Of a stretch of 64,000 nt of DNA, positions 37,188 to 51,139 are shown piece by piece (the stretch's first letter is position 1; every line of letters starts with the position of its first letter). The position numbers and the translations under genes are program-made. The stretch is from positions 1,178,001 to 1,242,000 of the forward strand of contig JAYWIR010000030.1 of the NCBI GenBank assembly GCA_036172245.1, read 5' to 3'. The notes beneath the pieces were generated by a model. It was not told the DNA's origin and did not search any database. It saw only the letters and a program-made list of their open reading frames with translations. This DNA is from Raillietiella orientalis (Eukaryota).

Positions 37188-37473
37188 AGTCGGCATCCGA
37201 TCCGGACCGATCCCGGCCCCACTCGCGCAGCTCGTACTCTCCGCGTTGCTGCAGCAGTACCGCCGCAGCCAGCAGTACTCGGGAGCGTTGCGAGGCAGCA
37301 GGAGCGGCTGGTTCCGACCTCACCCCGCCTGCGTAGCGAGCGAGCGAGAGTCTCCTGGGAGAGGCGGCGATTCGGCATGGTCGGGCGGAAGACACGCGGC
37401 TTCCGGGAGCAGAAAGAGGCGTGAAGAAAGACTCGAAGAGCACCACCACCAGCGCCCGGAAACCGTCGATCGG
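37188..37473 (+). other. Candidate non-coding 5' exon of GluCl
   Basis: Initiator-like ACAGTC at 37186-37191. Donor CGG|GTAAGGC at 37474 is the same heptamer as the GluCl donors at 55862 and 61415. The acceptor at 52957 needs an upstream exon. Speculative. Confidence 0.3.
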
Positions 37474-39034
37474 GTAAGGCGGTCCCACCACCGCTTGGTT
37501 CCTCCTTTTGCCTGACGCGCGCGCACGCCCCCCCCCTCCGCTGCTGACGCGGGGAGCGCCCGCCGGAGGGCACCCCTTCCCGCTCTTCCCTCGGAGCATT
37601 CAGAGACACCGCCGTCCCTCAGCCTGGGACGCGGGAGGAGGGCGAGAGAGATGGCGCCGGTTTCTCCCTTGATCCCGGAAAGCGGCGCCCAGGGCTCCCT
37701 GTCTCCCTCCCTGCCCTGATTGATGGCTCCGTCCATTCTCTAGGATTCAATCAACCGCGGCTCCAGCGTCCATGCAGGAGCTCTCCGCCACCGCTACCGG
37801 AGCGCCTCTGGCAAAGCCGCTAAGAGGGAGGGCTGGGTGACCTCAGCACGATGGGCGAGGATCCCTGCTTGCCTCCGGCCTGCCACCCGTCGCCGCGGAC
37901 TGCAAGGGATGCCGGGGGTTAGCGCTTCCCGGATTCGCCAAGGAGGCGCCTCGCTCCGACGGCTACCCCGGAGAGCAGTGCCCACGCACCCCCCCCCCCT
38001 CCTTTCGCTGCTCCGGTGCGGGCGCGGACGGCAGGGTGCGTAGAAGGGATGGGACCGCCCCGGCGCAGGGAGCCAACACAGGGATTTCCCGCGAAGGTGG
38101 TGGGGAAGCCGGGCGCGCAGCTTCCGATCACTCTGAGGTGAAGTTTGGCACCTCTGACGGTCAGCTGTGGAGCCGGGCTAGGCGTGGGTGCGTGGGGGCG
38201 AGGGGACCGCCTGTCGTAGTCAGGGGGCCTCCCCCCTGATGACCAGTCCGGCAGCAACCTGCCCGCGTCCGTGGCGACCTCGAGCACGTAAGTTGCGACT
38301 CCGAACCAGGAGGGAGGAAAGGGGTCATTCCTCCCGTCCGTAATGGCCGTGGCGGTGCGGGTACCAGAGTGGGGCGGCACCCCCGCGACCAGGGGGCTCG
38401 GTGCTGAGTTCTTCGCGAGCGTAAGGGAAGGCACAGACGGTGGCGCCCAGTCTTCCTCTGCGGGTTGCCTCTGCGGAGGAAGAGGGAGGCGTTGGGTAGA
38501 GCCAGGGAAAGGGGAAACCCTCGGTTGGACTTCCCTCCCTTCCTCCTTCTCCTCCCCTCCTTTTTTTTAAATGACCGAAGACCATTAATTGATTTCGTCT
38601 CGGGAAGGACGTGCTGCCAATGGATCCAGATAAGGCGGCGAAGTTTCGGGATCGCCAACTTTGGCGGGTGATGTGTGGGGAGGGAAACTGCTGCGGAAAG
38701 TTGGGGGGGTGGAGAGCCGAGCCGGCGAAGAGGGGGAGGAGGAGGAGGCAGCTCCTGCGAAAATGAATTAGTTGACCACTTCTGCTCGCCGGAAATGGGC
38801 TCCCGGAGTCCCTCGCGGACGGACGCAGCCAATCTTCCGGCAGGCGGCAGGAGCGACGTCGCGGCCGAGAGGCAATTTCGGGAAGATGGACCACATGCCC
38901 TGCTTCCTTCCCCTCCCTCTCCCGGATGCACGGACCGACGTCGCTGCCATCTCCCTGCTCGAGGACCGCGGCTCCCCCGACACGCGCGCGCGCACGAGGG
39001 GACGGTCCGTCCGTTTCGCTTTGTTTTTCTTTTT

Positions 39035-39037
<3 letters not shown>

Positions 39038-39071
<34 letters not shown>
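39038..39071. repeat. (GA)n microsatellite (GAGA-type element)
   Basis: 17 perfect GA units. Confidence 0.97.
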
Positions 39072-39075
<4 letters not shown>

Positions 39076-42000
39076 AAATAAATAAGAAGCGCGTCCATGG
39101 ATGGTGATGGAGGTACCGCAGCAACACTTGCTAAATCCCTGCCCTCTTTCCGATGCGTCTTCCCTTCAAGATATTACCCCACAACGCATCTATAAGCATC
39201 TGGATGAATTACAGAGGTTGAGCTCGAAGATCAGCGAAATCGACAGAGAGCGCTGAACGCCCAGTTCGCGGCCATTTAGGAATGCGGCGCCCCCCCCCCC
39301 CTCTCTCTCTCTCTCCTTCTGCATATCTGCCGGGCCAACTGACAATAAACCAAGGAGAGAATAAAAATGGGTGGGGGAGGGGCGAGGGGGGAAATCTCGA
39401 AAGACGAAGATGCTTGTTTTTGGGTTCTCGAACCCGCTGCTGACGGGCGGCTGGGAGACTTGGCAGGCGCGCCCAACAGCAGCGCCGGCACTCTTGCCCG
39501 GCTGCTGCTGGCGCCGCCGCCGGGCCGCGCGCGAAACCGCTGCGCAAGGGCGCGAGGATTCCTTTCCGGCCTCCCCCCCGCGTGCTCCCCGTCGCCAGCG
39601 CGCGTGAGGCGCCATCTCTTCCCCCCTCCTTGCCCCTCTCCCCCCTCCTCGCTTGGTTTTCGGGTTCCGGTGCAGAACCCCGAATTCCCGAACGATCAAA
39701 AATCCCGGAAGATCCTAAAGAAAAATAAACAATCGCATGGGCTTATTCCGCACAGATCACTTTGCAAATTCGCTTTCATTAGTAACTTCGATTTTATTAA
39801 CGGTATTACTGCTGGAGAAGATGCACTCAGCAGTATTCAGCGACATACATTTTATTGACAAAATGGATAAGTTGAAGATTATGTTTCGATATATGCATCA
39901 AAGATGATAGGAAATCAATATATCTGTGCTTATTATGTGTATCCACACATATATGTATGTATGAATGCTAATATATGGATTCACGTGCGTCAACAAGATC
40001 ACAAAAAGTAAATACATTTGCTTGTTAAGGATGATCAGATGTATATTTATATAGAAAGATGAATATATGAATCGACGTGTGCCGAGAAGATCACAAGAAG
40101 CGCACAACAACTTACAAACATCCATACATCAATCTTTACATAAAGATTAATCCGTAGATTAATACATATCGTGGAGATTACAAAAAAAACTAATATATGA
40201 TAAGCACATCTATGTTTTCTCATACATCAACGACATAATCAATTCCACCAATAAAATGTCCGCCGCTGAATCTTAGCAAAAATATATCTTTTCGGATGGC
40301 GCCACTGTTAATCGCGTGCACCCTTAATGAATGCGCAAAACTGTGCACATTAAAATGAATTCGTGTACGAATCTGTGTCGAATGGGCACACATCTCTTAG
40401 GATCCCCCAGGATTTCGATCGTTCGGCGTTCCGATCGGCACCGGATTTTCGGGGATCCCCCGGTTGCGACCCCGCGCGCGCCCCACCCGCCTCGCTCGGA
40501 GATGTTTGCTCTCCGTCTCCAGCGCTCCCCTCCCCTCCCTCCCTCTTCCGGGATGCCATTCGAATGCGGAAACGATGAAATAATAATGAAGGAAACTTTT
40601 GCTGCGTGTGAGAGAACCCAGTCGAACGTTCCGAAATCTGATCATCCGCGTTTCTTTATTATTCATCAGATCTTTCGAGTGCTTCCTCTCCCCCGGAATT
40701 CTTCCCGAGGGCCTCGCCTTAGCGCCGTGGCAACTTTTCGGCCCCGAAATCCCCCGGAGAAGCAGGGCAGAACTTGGGAGGTGGCAGAAGAGGGTGTGGA
40801 GGACTTGAGTTCGCCCGCGCTTCTCCCCCGAGCGGCTCTTCCCGTCCCCTCCCATGGAGCCGCGGGAAACCAACGTCGCCTGCGGGACCCCCGCCTGCAA
40901 GTCGCTGCCGACCTACCCTTAATTAGCGCGCTCACCGGAAGGGACGGAGCAGCCTCATAGCGCCCTCTCTCGGCTCCGGTGATCATTAATGCAGAGATTT
41001 CTCTCGAAGGCGAGGGAGGCGCGCGAATCGGTGCTGGGTCGTGGAATGCTGGGGGTGCCACGCAAGTTCATCCGGCTCTTTCCCGAACCACTTCGCGACG
41101 GCGAAGCAGCATCTTCGACTGAAGAGGAGGAGGAGGAGATTCGCGAGAGCCGACGCTGAGAAGGAAGAGAACGAACGCCCCGGAGATTCCTCTGAGCGCA
41201 TGCGTGTAGTGGCCTTTCCCCTTCCCCCGTCCGCGTGGAAGAGGGGTTGCCGAGCTTTGTGTGCGGCAGTGGGTGGAGGGATGAGAGGGCAGCAAGCCCC
41301 ACCTCATTCCATCCACCTCCGAAAAAGGAGGGGAGGGGGGGGAGGGGAAGGAAGAAAAAAGCAAATTCGCCGTTTCCTCGAGAGATGGCGCGCATGGAGG
41401 AACCTGCGGCGACAAGTGCGGAACTTTTCCCTCCGCTCCGGCGGCGACGTCCGACACGACGATGGGCCCCCGGTGCTGCTGCCTATCGGCCCGGCCCGGT
41501 CCCAACTGATCCATTTTGGGGCTCTGTGTCCGCGCGCGCGGTCAGGTACGAGCCGGCGGCTTGCGAGCGCGGCGAACCAACCGACAAAAGAGCCGGCTAC
41601 CATCAGTTTCCGACGAAGGGGGATAATCTAATAAAAAGCGGTCCGGAGGCTGAATTTGCTGTCTTCGGCGGCATCGGCAGCTCTGTGCCGGCGGCCACAA
41701 TCTGGGAAAGCAATCACGCTCTCCGAGGCAGCAGTGACCATCCTCTCTTCTTCGGAATGGACATCATGAAAGCAAACTGATGAGGCACGGGGATGTTTTT
41801 AGGGAAAAGGGGTCGATTTCGATTGGGCGCGCGCGACCCGTACGTGGACTTCCAGTTCCGAACGCTGGAGCTACGCTCCCCCTCTCCCTCCTCTCCCTTC
41901 TCGGTCCGGAGCGCTCTGCCACTAGGCACGCCGCTCCTCGTGCCCGCTCGGATGCCCGATCCTTCCTGAGCCCGGCCGGGATCGGGCGAGGAACCGGGAC

Positions 42001-45000
42001 TCGTCACAATCCTCCTCCCTCCCTCCCTCCCGACATCCGCCCACTGCTCCTTCCACCGGGGTGAGCTCGGGAATGAATCCGGCCCGGTCTCTCGCTTGCC
42101 GCCGGGAGTTACTCTTACACCGCACGCACCCTCCTCCAGCTCGCCTACGCGCGACCGTGACCGGCGGCCGTTCCTGTAGCCCATCGCCGGCCTCTTCCCG
42201 CCCGACCCTCTCCGTGTCGAAGGACGCGGCGCGCTGCCTCAGCGCTCTTTTTCCCGGAGCTCTCTGCGCCACCGTGCATCGGCCCTTCCAGGAGCTCTCG
42301 CCAAAAAAGGCTTCCCGGAAGCCGGGAAAAATCTCGCCATCCCCCAGTTTTCTCGATGAGAGGATCGGTGGCACTCCTTCCCCTTGGGGTTCACTTCCGC
42401 TTCCGGCAGGGGCTCTATGGCTTTCGGAACACCCGAAGCGTCTCCATGGTGCGACCGCTTGTGTGGTCGTGAGGACGATCCGTTGCACGGAAAACACCCA
42501 GGGGCGGGAGGAGGTTCGCGCCCACTTCCAGATGCCCTCCCGAAAGGCGAGCGTGTGTGAGCGGAACGCACGCGCCCGTCGAGAGCTGCTGCTGGCTGCG
42601 GCGGGCTCGTCCGGGACAAAAACGCCCCTGTCCATTTCTAAAATTTCCATGGCCCCCTTCCTCCCACCGGCCCCAAAGGGGACAGAATTCAGTTCCTCGA
42701 GACCCCTGCTTATTGCCAGATGCGGAACCCATGCTATGTTGGATGTTCACGAGTCGAGTCTGCGTCCACATGCAATGTTAGAAGAGAGATATGTGGATGC
42801 AGCGCCTCTTGTTTTGTGTGGACCCGCTCATTTCGTCACGTTTTGATGCGCACATGCCGTGATGAAATCCCAGCTGCTCGTTTTTTCCCTTGAATTTTAT
42901 TTAATTTGCTCTTTTGGACGCGTGCAGAGGGCGCGCGGCGCGAACCCCGGAGACCACGGGTCACGTGACGCGAATACGGCCCGGCAATGCAGCAGCGGCA
43001 AGGTGACGTCAGCTCTCCGGAGTTGGGGTATTCGTACTTGTCACGATTTCGTGGCGCCGGACCGAGGAACGGCATACATCATCACCCCCCCTTGCGGTGT
43101 TTTCGCTCGCACTGCCCTTGGGAACCCCTCAGCGAGCGAAGACGCCTGGCAGCGATCCTCCCCACCCCCTGAAACATCCCGCTGCCTGGCGGCGTGCGTA
43201 AGCTGCGGGCTGCTGCGGGCCGATCTCCGCAGGAAGGGTCGCTGCGGCGACGTCCCAGATGGGAATTGCGCTGCGGTTCGGCGCGCGCTTAACGGCAATA
43301 AAGCGGATGGTCGGAGGGGCCGCCACGCCAGAGTCACTCGTGACCTCCCACCGCCACGTCGCCGGCAGCTCTGTCTACCTTTCCTTCTGCGCGTGCGCGG
43401 GCAGGGTGTTTTCTACCCACCTCCTACCCTTTCCGTCCCCGCATCCAAGTACAGGCGATCCTGCGTGGTGCACCGCCGTGCCACAGTCAGAGGCGGCGCG
43501 CGCTTCCCTCGACTCCTCCGCGGGGAGCGGTCGAAGCGGAGGGAAGCCGGAAGCGTCTGGAGTGGCAGCGGGACGAGCGGAAGAGAGGGAAAGCAGGGGC
43601 AGGAGGGGTCGTCGCAGGGGCGACACGAGCAGGGCATCCCGAAGGGAGGGAGGGATTCGCCTCTGGAAACAGCCTCCCGCTCCCCGTGGCATCTACTCCT
43701 CCTCCTCCTTACAGCGGGATTCCGTGGGACCAAAAGTGAGAGCGAAGGCTGGGGGTGGGGGTGGGGGGGACGGAAAAGAACTTCGGGGAATTCCGGGCCT
43801 GCGTGCCCGCTGAGCGATGCGCTCCTCGGCAGTTTCCCCTCTTCGGAAGCTGGAGGAGGAAGAATTGGAGAAGGAAAGGAAGAGAAGGAATAGGGGAGGG
43901 AGAGGAGGAGGAAGAAAGAAGAGACGAGGAGGAAGAGAGAGAAAGGAGGAAGGGAAATAGGGTCCGCCCCCGCTCGAACACAAGGTTTCCCAGGGCAACG
44001 GGATGGACGCATCCCGAAGAACGGAGTTTCCGTCTTCCCGGGAAGCGACGGCGGCGCCACCGCGAGCCACCGGAGAGAGGACCGAGGAGCCGGACGCTCT
44101 GCTCACGCGCGCGCATACGCCGCTACCGGTGGCTGCCGCTCTTCCAGGACGACCTCCCCACTCCCAGCCTCCCCCTTCTCCCTGCGAGTTCTCCCTCACG
44201 AAAATGTCCTTTCTCCTCATTCTCTGCTTTTCAAGCCATGGCTCATCCCCTTTTCCGTCCCTCCTTTTCTCCAGAGGTCGACCCCTCCGGGAAAGTTTTT
44301 TCTTTTTTTTTTCCGGATTCCCTTCTCTTGAAGGTGGGGTCGAGGATTCCCTCTCTCCCTCCTTCTCCCTACGGCTGTTTCTGAAGCAGCGCATCGCGTT
44401 CTTGGAACTGCTACGGGGAAACGCCGGGCTAAGAGCACTCGTCGCGTAGCAACCTGAGGGACGCTGGGGCTAAAGGACGCAGGCGCGAGCGCGTTCGACT
44501 TCCGGTCTGCCTGCCGGTGCCTGCTCCGTCCCTTTCCTCCCCTGGAAGCTGCCCCAAGAAGAAAACAAGGAGAAAGGGGGTCGCGCAAGCGCAGACGAAG
44601 CGCCGTGCTCCTAGGGGGAGTTCGCGTCGCGCGTTCTGATTGGTCGAGTTGAACTTCGCAGGAATTCTCCCGGCGACAGCAGTTTTTTTTTTTTTTTTTT
44701 GACGCGTTCACTCCTTTATTTATTTATTTTTTTTGCACCCTCTCCGCCTTCCCGCCGGCTACAGGACGGGAGAGGACGGGAAACAGCACGAAGGGGAAGA
44801 GGAAGGAGGAAAAGAAGGGAGAGCGCTCCAGCCTGCGCGCTCGGCCCGCAGGAGTTTTTTCGGCTCCCTCCTCCTCCCTGGCGCTCGAGGAGAGGGAGAG
44901 GAGGGGCGCAGCATCGTCCGCGGCTTCTCCCCTCCCGGTTGCGCCCGACGCCTTCCCTTGCCTCCTGAGCCGCGCGCGCACTCGAATTCGTCCACCCGGA

Positions 45001-47099
45001 GCCGTCGCCAGGATGACGGGCGAGCTGCACCTTCGATTGACCGTCCGTTCAAGGACCCTTAAGTGCCTTTGTCCCCCTCCCCCCCTCCCCTCATGCATGA
45101 TTCGCGGCAACGGCTCCCGGAGCTGGCTGTCCCGTCGTTTCGCGTTCACCTCCCCCTCTCGAAAGGGAGGTCACCCGAATCGACGCCTCGGGCGTTTTCC
45201 CGCTGCTTCCGCGATCGACTCCGGATGCCGGTTTTCCCTGTGGTTCCCGGAGCAGCGACGTTCATTAATGGCGCTATTAATTCCCGATGCTCCTCCGCGA
45301 TGATCGATAATCCCGATGATTAATAGCCGGGCTCGCAGCTTCCGCGCTTCCTCTCCTTCGGGGGAAACTCCCGGAAGGTTTCGGCTCCCCCCCTCCTCCC
45401 CATCGATCCGCCTCTCTGCCGTCTCCCTGCGTCGTTTCCTCGCCCCTTCCCAGCACATCCCGTTCCGCGGGATTCTCCCCTTTCTGCGCGCGACACGTTC
45501 CCGGCGCTCTTGCACGTCTTCGGGGCACTCGGATGGCGCAGCCTCCCTCAGACGTTCGGAAACCACCGTCATCTGTATTCAAGGAGTGCTCCCGGATCGA
45601 GGGAAAGGGAGTCTCTGCTTCCCTCCCGAATTTCGAATTCCCCTTCGAACCGCCGCCGCCGAGGGAAGGGGGGGGGGGAACCGCGCCGCCGCGGTGACCT
45701 CTGGCGTTCCGCCCCCGAGTCCTTGGCCCGGCCACCCTGCGGCCTGTCCTCCTCTGCGCGCGCGCTCCGGACGCCACTCCCTCCCTCATCTGACATCTCT
45801 CAGAGGCGCGCGAACGTCTCGAGCGCCGGGAGCCGCAGGGAAGGATATGGGAGGGGGGGGGGGGAGTCTCGAGCAGCAAGAAGGGGGCAGGCAAGGCGTC
45901 ATGTTTGCCGGTGGGGTCGGTTCCCTTCCTCCCCGCCGCCGTCTCGCAGTGAGTCCGCTCTTCGACGCCAGCAGTGCAAAAGTGAGGGCGCTCCACGTCC
46001 GCCTCCCTCTGGTGGCGACCCACTGCCCTCCTCCGAGCCTCCCTCGTGCGCGCTTCCTTGGCAACCCGGCGGCCGGAAGGTGCATCCGCCATTGCTGGCC
46101 ACGGTGCAAGGCGAACCCTCGTTTTTCTCTGCCTCGGTCGCCTGCACAGGAGAGGAGCCCTTGGTGCAGGCGCCGGGAAGCAGCACCAAGGGTCCTTCAG
46201 GGTCTTGTTGCCGGTCGACTCCCACGACAACCCGCTGCCAGGACGCAGCGAGGGAGCTCTCCGGAAAAGTGTATCCGGCAAAGCGCTCCGGCAGGAAAGA
46301 CCGCGACCTGCGACCAGCCTTATGCGCGTGCTCCGTGCATTCGCCACCTCCTCCTCCTTCATCTATCCATCCATCCATCCATCTATCCTGGTTAGGACGG
46401 CGCGAGATAGACGGATTCCTCCGACCCTCTCTGCCCCCTTCCTCTGGTCTTTCTGCCTCCCGAGATGGCAAGGAGGAAAGGCAGACGAGAGTGGAGCCTG
46501 GGGCGGGCCACCGAGAATCCCCCGTCCCCTCCTTGGGTGTTTCCATGGTAGCTCGATCGATCGTCGACGACATGGGCGCCAGCCGGCCGAGCGGCTGACC
46601 TTATCCGCACAAGCACCGAAGGAGGACACGCCGAAAGAGGGTGCCGGTGTGTGGTGGGATACGTCCCTTCGCTCTCTTAACCGGAAGTCTTTTCTTCCCT
46701 CTCTGCCTTTGTTTTCGAAGCGGAGGCTGCAATTTGTCTTCAGGGGAAATTTTCCCCTCATCTGCAGACGGTTCGTCCCTGCGCATCTTCCTCTACCGTG
46801 GCAACTTCTCTTTAAATCTGAATTATGACTGAGTGAAATTACCATCCGAGCTCCATGCCAACCGGATTCATCATCCGAGGGGATTTGCCTCTCCTGTGAT
46901 TTCGATTTGCATCGGCTTTAAGGTTTCCGGAAATCCTCCAGTGACAGATGGAGCCTCTGTCGCACTCGCGGTTTTTCAGATTCCTCTTTGATTTCGTTCT
47001 CATCTCGCAGCGCTTTTCATGAGGGAGAAAATTTGCACACTCGCGACCTGAGAAGCCGACCCTAGTTTCATGATTGTGGAGTAGAGGTCACGGTTCGGC

Positions 47100-48450
47100 G
47101 GCGGACGACGCGCAGCCGCTACTTTCTCATGACCTCACGCTCGATTTCCTTAGTCACATGGGCGCGGGAGATACTGTCGAGAGAACTCGAGGTCAGCTGG
47201 GGTCGAAATGAGCATTTTTTTTTTTTCATCGCTCCAGTGTGGACAGTGCAGAGAAGACGCGTGCCAGCCGTTGCTAGGCAATCTGCCATGCGCGAGAGGT
47301 CGCGGAACAGCGTCAGGTGGCCAGAGGGCCTCTGTGCTTCAGCCAAGAGGTTTCGATGCATCCGAGCAGAGGAAGAAGGCTCCCTTGTGTTCGCCCGCGG
47401 TTGCCTTCCGCTGCGGCCGTGGTCGCTGTCTTCGCGACCGCCGAGGACGAGACAGTTCGTCGATCCTGACGCGTCCGGCTGGGTCCAATGGGACGTGAAG
47501 TCTTCCTCACGGGATGGTCCGACTGCTAGCGACTGGTGCACCTCACCCTTGGTCACCGCGCCGACCTCGAGGAGATATCGCACCTGGGGATGTCCGCCCA
47601 AAACTGTCCTTCGCAGACTCCTGCTGGCGTTCTTTCCGACGCTGCGCCGTCCGCAGCGCCACGTGCTCTGCAGTGATGCGCGTCCCTTTCTCTCTGTCTG
47701 AGATGCTTCCGCTGTGGTCCACTAGAAAAACTCCAGACAGCACCGCCTTCTTTCGGCCGGCGGATTGAATTCTGGGAAGATTCAACCAAAAGCCACGGAA
47801 TCCTCGGAAGTTTCCGAGCGCTCTGCTTCAAGAGGTTCTGCGACGTCTTCACCCTCTCGGAAAGAGTCGATGGAGACACACTCAGGGTTGCCATGACTTA
47901 TGATGGCTTGCTGGAGGCTCCTGCTCTTCTCATGGAGACCTTGCGTGGGTCAACGATCGAGAAGACGCCTTGGAATGTGTGCGCGCCACGAGGTGCCTAG
48001 AGTCGGGAGGAAGAAGAGGAATGGGGTGAGGAAAAACACGCTCCCCTGCACTCGACCGGGCGGGTGGCGCCACAGACCCAGAAGGTACACGGCAGACGCA
48101 GGACCACCTCCTCTGGCTGCCCAACGCGAGCGCCGGCCGTCAAGGGGAGCGACCCGAGAGCGCATGCTTTTACGGCTGGTCAGTAAGGAGAATGGGCGTC
48201 TGATCCTAGTGGGTAGCTGGTGCTGCCCGATGAGGATGCCTGGTAACGGAGCGACAGTGTCCCTGGGCGCAGCCGAGCGCTACGCATCCCCAAACGGTTC
48301 GTCTCAGGATGCGAGGAAGAAAGAAGGCTCGACCCATCCGGGACGAGAAGGGTGCGGGGTTCCCGGAAACGGGACTCTCCCTAAGGTGAGGGGATTAGCA
48401 CATATCCCGGCGAATATCGCAAGGTCCGGCTCTCGCCGGATATGCTTCTG
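47100..48450 (-). mobile_element. Decayed L1/Tx1-like ORF2 fragment, antisense to GluCl
   Basis: Minus-strand relics in order: VPDG, RRPFSLLT, GRVQGSVFFLTPFLF, LSERVKT, RRPKEGG. Confidence 0.45.
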
Positions 48451-51139
48451 AAACTTGGTGAATCACGCCCAGGTTACCTTGGCTAGTAGAAGACGACCCC
48501 TGTGCGGATGTCTGGGATGGATGTGTTACGCGACATGCCCGACAGAGTCCGGGCTGTTTCTCCCTCTTCCATCGGGAAGCTTCCGATTTCCCGCAGCTTC
48601 GCCCTTTTTTAGCTTAAAGGCACTTTTGGAATTCGCGTCCCTTTGGAAAGTCACCCGGGCTCAAAGTGGTCATTTTTTGTTTTTGCCTTTTTCGAGGTAC
48701 CTGGGCAGTTTTTTTTTTGTGTCGTTTCGGGTGTACAAGGTTGGCGGACAGCCGTAGAGAAGATGCATACCAGCCGTTGACAGACAATCTGCCGAGCGCG
48801 AGCAGCCGAGGAACAGTCAGATGGTGACACCGAGGACAGGGCAAAGGAGTGTTCCGGGCATCGCATCGTAGGGGACGCCCTCTCGGAAGAGAATGTCCGT
48901 GACGCTAGCCGCCCCTCTTACCCGCCGACGGCGAAGCCCGCGTCCATGCCGCCATGAATGGCAAAAGGTCCCGTGGCTCTTTGGTACTCCTTCGCTCTAG
49001 AAAACGGATCAAATGCGTGAAGGTCAACCCTCGACCTCGAGCAAGCGTGAGAGCCCTGCAGGCAGTGGTCCGAACGGTTGCTTGGCTCCCCGGCGCCAAG
49101 AAGCCATGCTGTCTTGCACTTTCGGACTGCAATGGTCCTTTCCTCCTCCTCTTCCTTCCCCTCCCTTCCTCTTTCCGTCACCCTCTCCGCCCTTCTCCCG
49201 GAGCGTTGGCCTTCGTGTCCCGGCGCGGCGACCCCGCCGAAGGCGAGCGGAGCACACAGTAAGCCCTAGGAGGGGAGCTGGCGGTTGCTAGGATACGACT
49301 CCTCTCGGCTTCCGCGGCTTCGAAATTTCTGAATAGCTCGAAACGCGAACCGAAAAAGGGATTTTCCATCCCACCCTCCCTCTCCCCGACCTTGCGCAGA
49401 AAACGAATCCCGCCCGAAAGGGATTTCCGGTCGCCATTATCCTGGTTCGGTTCGTGTTTACATTGGCAGATTCGCAGGGACTGATTTGGGGTCCGAAATG
49501 GGGAGAAGAGGGAGGAAGGGAGGATAATTTGCATGACAATGGAGGTAATTTGCAATAGCAGTGAAGATGAACGGTACATGATGAGCATCCACAAGGATGA
49601 CGTGGTGTGAGGAGTTCTGCCGGACGACGTGGGCACCTCCACCTTTTTTTTGCACTACGGCTCCTCCCCGCATGCGCATGAGCGGTGTTTTTTGCCGATG
49701 CTCTCAGCGCATCCGTCCGGGGACACGCGGGGCTGCCGTGGAATGGCAGAGCTTTCGTCTTTGCCAGAGCCTCGGACGGTGTGCGTCTTCTCCCATTGGA
49801 AGTTTGAGGAAGAGGAGGAATCTAGCATCTTACGCTCTCACGGTCTCGTCCGCCGGCTGAAGGCGCGGGCAACTGAGCTGGGCCGAGACAGGAGGAAGAG
49901 CCACTTTACCCTGCCGGCAGGTGCAACCCGCTGGGCAAGGGACTTCCTTCGGGCTCGGATCTACGGCCGTTGGGCAAGAGCTGAGAGATAGGGAACCGCT
50001 CTGCTCCGCAGACTCGGGAGCCCGAGGCGACGGTGACTTGCTCCGTTCTCTCAGCAGCCTCTCGAGAACGTCCGCGCGGACCTATTTGACCCGCGGTTGC
50101 CTTGCCGCGCGCTTCAACCCGCCTCTGTCCAGGGCATCGAACCGATCGCGCCCGCAGTCTGGCATTTCGCACGATGTGAGCTGGACCTACCCCTGTCCGG
50201 CCAGTTCGGCTCAGAAATCTCTTAGCGACGGGCCTGCTTCCACGTGTTTCACGACTCCTTTCCCTTTCCTTCGGGCTTTCGCAATCCCGAGTTACCAGCA
50301 GTTCCCCGAGGGAAAGGAAAGCAAGAATAGACGAAGAGGGAGAAAGGAGGAAAGGAAGAGGAGGAATAAGGGAAGGGAAAGGGGAGGAAGAATAGACGAA
50401 AAGCGGAATTCCAAGAATTCCAGCGGCTCGGTCGCGCGTTGTGGAAGAGGCGGCTCGCGGCGCGCGCGTCCGTTGCCGAGCGAGTCCCCCCCTCAAAAGA
50501 GACGAATTCGCATTTCCTCGACCCCATCGCGACGCGAGACGGGAAACGCGTCGCCCAACTGAGCGGCTCGGTCGCGCTTCGGGAGGAATATGTTAATCCC
50601 TGCACCGTGGGAAGTCGCCGAAACAAGGCGTGGAATGGCGGCGGTGCCAGCCAGCTTCAGCCTCTTGCACCCCTTCCTCTTCCCTTTCCTTCTCCTCCTT
50701 TTCCTCGCCTCCCTTCCTCCCTTTCTCTTTGCCTTCCTCCTTCCTCCTCCTCCTTCTCTCCCTCTAGGATGACTCTGTCAATTCCGGGTTCCTCGAGCGG
50801 AGTTTACATCCTTGGATTCTTCCATGGACAGGAAGAATGGAAAGCATCTCCAACACCTCCTTCTTATCTCCGGATACCCGGAAAGAACCCAAGTCTAAGG
50901 CTCTGGAAGAGCCTTTCTGAGGCGATGGACCTTTTCCACGGGCCGGTGTCTGGTCCTCCCAACGAAGAGGAAGAAGAAAGGAGGAAGGGTGACGGAGGAA
51001 AGAAAGCTGGGAGAAGGAATCGTGAGAAGGGAGGAGGAAGGGGTGGAGCCGAGCGTATCCACGCGTGTGTGCAGAGAGAAAGGATGAGCCTTGCTCGGAG
51101 GTGCCTCACGTTCTCGGACGTGTGAGAATTCAGGGAAGG

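Larger units (their letters stand above)
36000..46800. promoter_or_regulatory. CpG/GC-rich block without recognisable transposons; probable promoter and 5' regulatory region of GluCl
   Basis: Abundant CGCG, purine/pyrimidine tracts, (GA)n, TAAT clusters and orphan splice donors; lies upstream of the first coding exon. Function is inferred. Confidence 0.45.

Noticed and set aside
36143..37609. Long overlapping ORFs (488 aa, 373 aa, 326 aa) in the GC-rich block
   Set aside because: Low-complexity R/G/P/S translations open in several frames and both strands; expected from stop-codon scarcity at high GC; no domain recognisable.
38239..38287. ATG plus strong GTAAGT donor as first coding exon
   Set aside because: Phase 1 does not fit the phase-2 acceptor at 55761, and the peptide is not hydrophobic; kept only as a possible UTR exon.
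48521..48696. Phase-2 AG|GTAC candidate for the signal-peptide exon
   Set aside because: Weak donor, no clear hydrophobic core; the exon at 52958-53067 fits much better.
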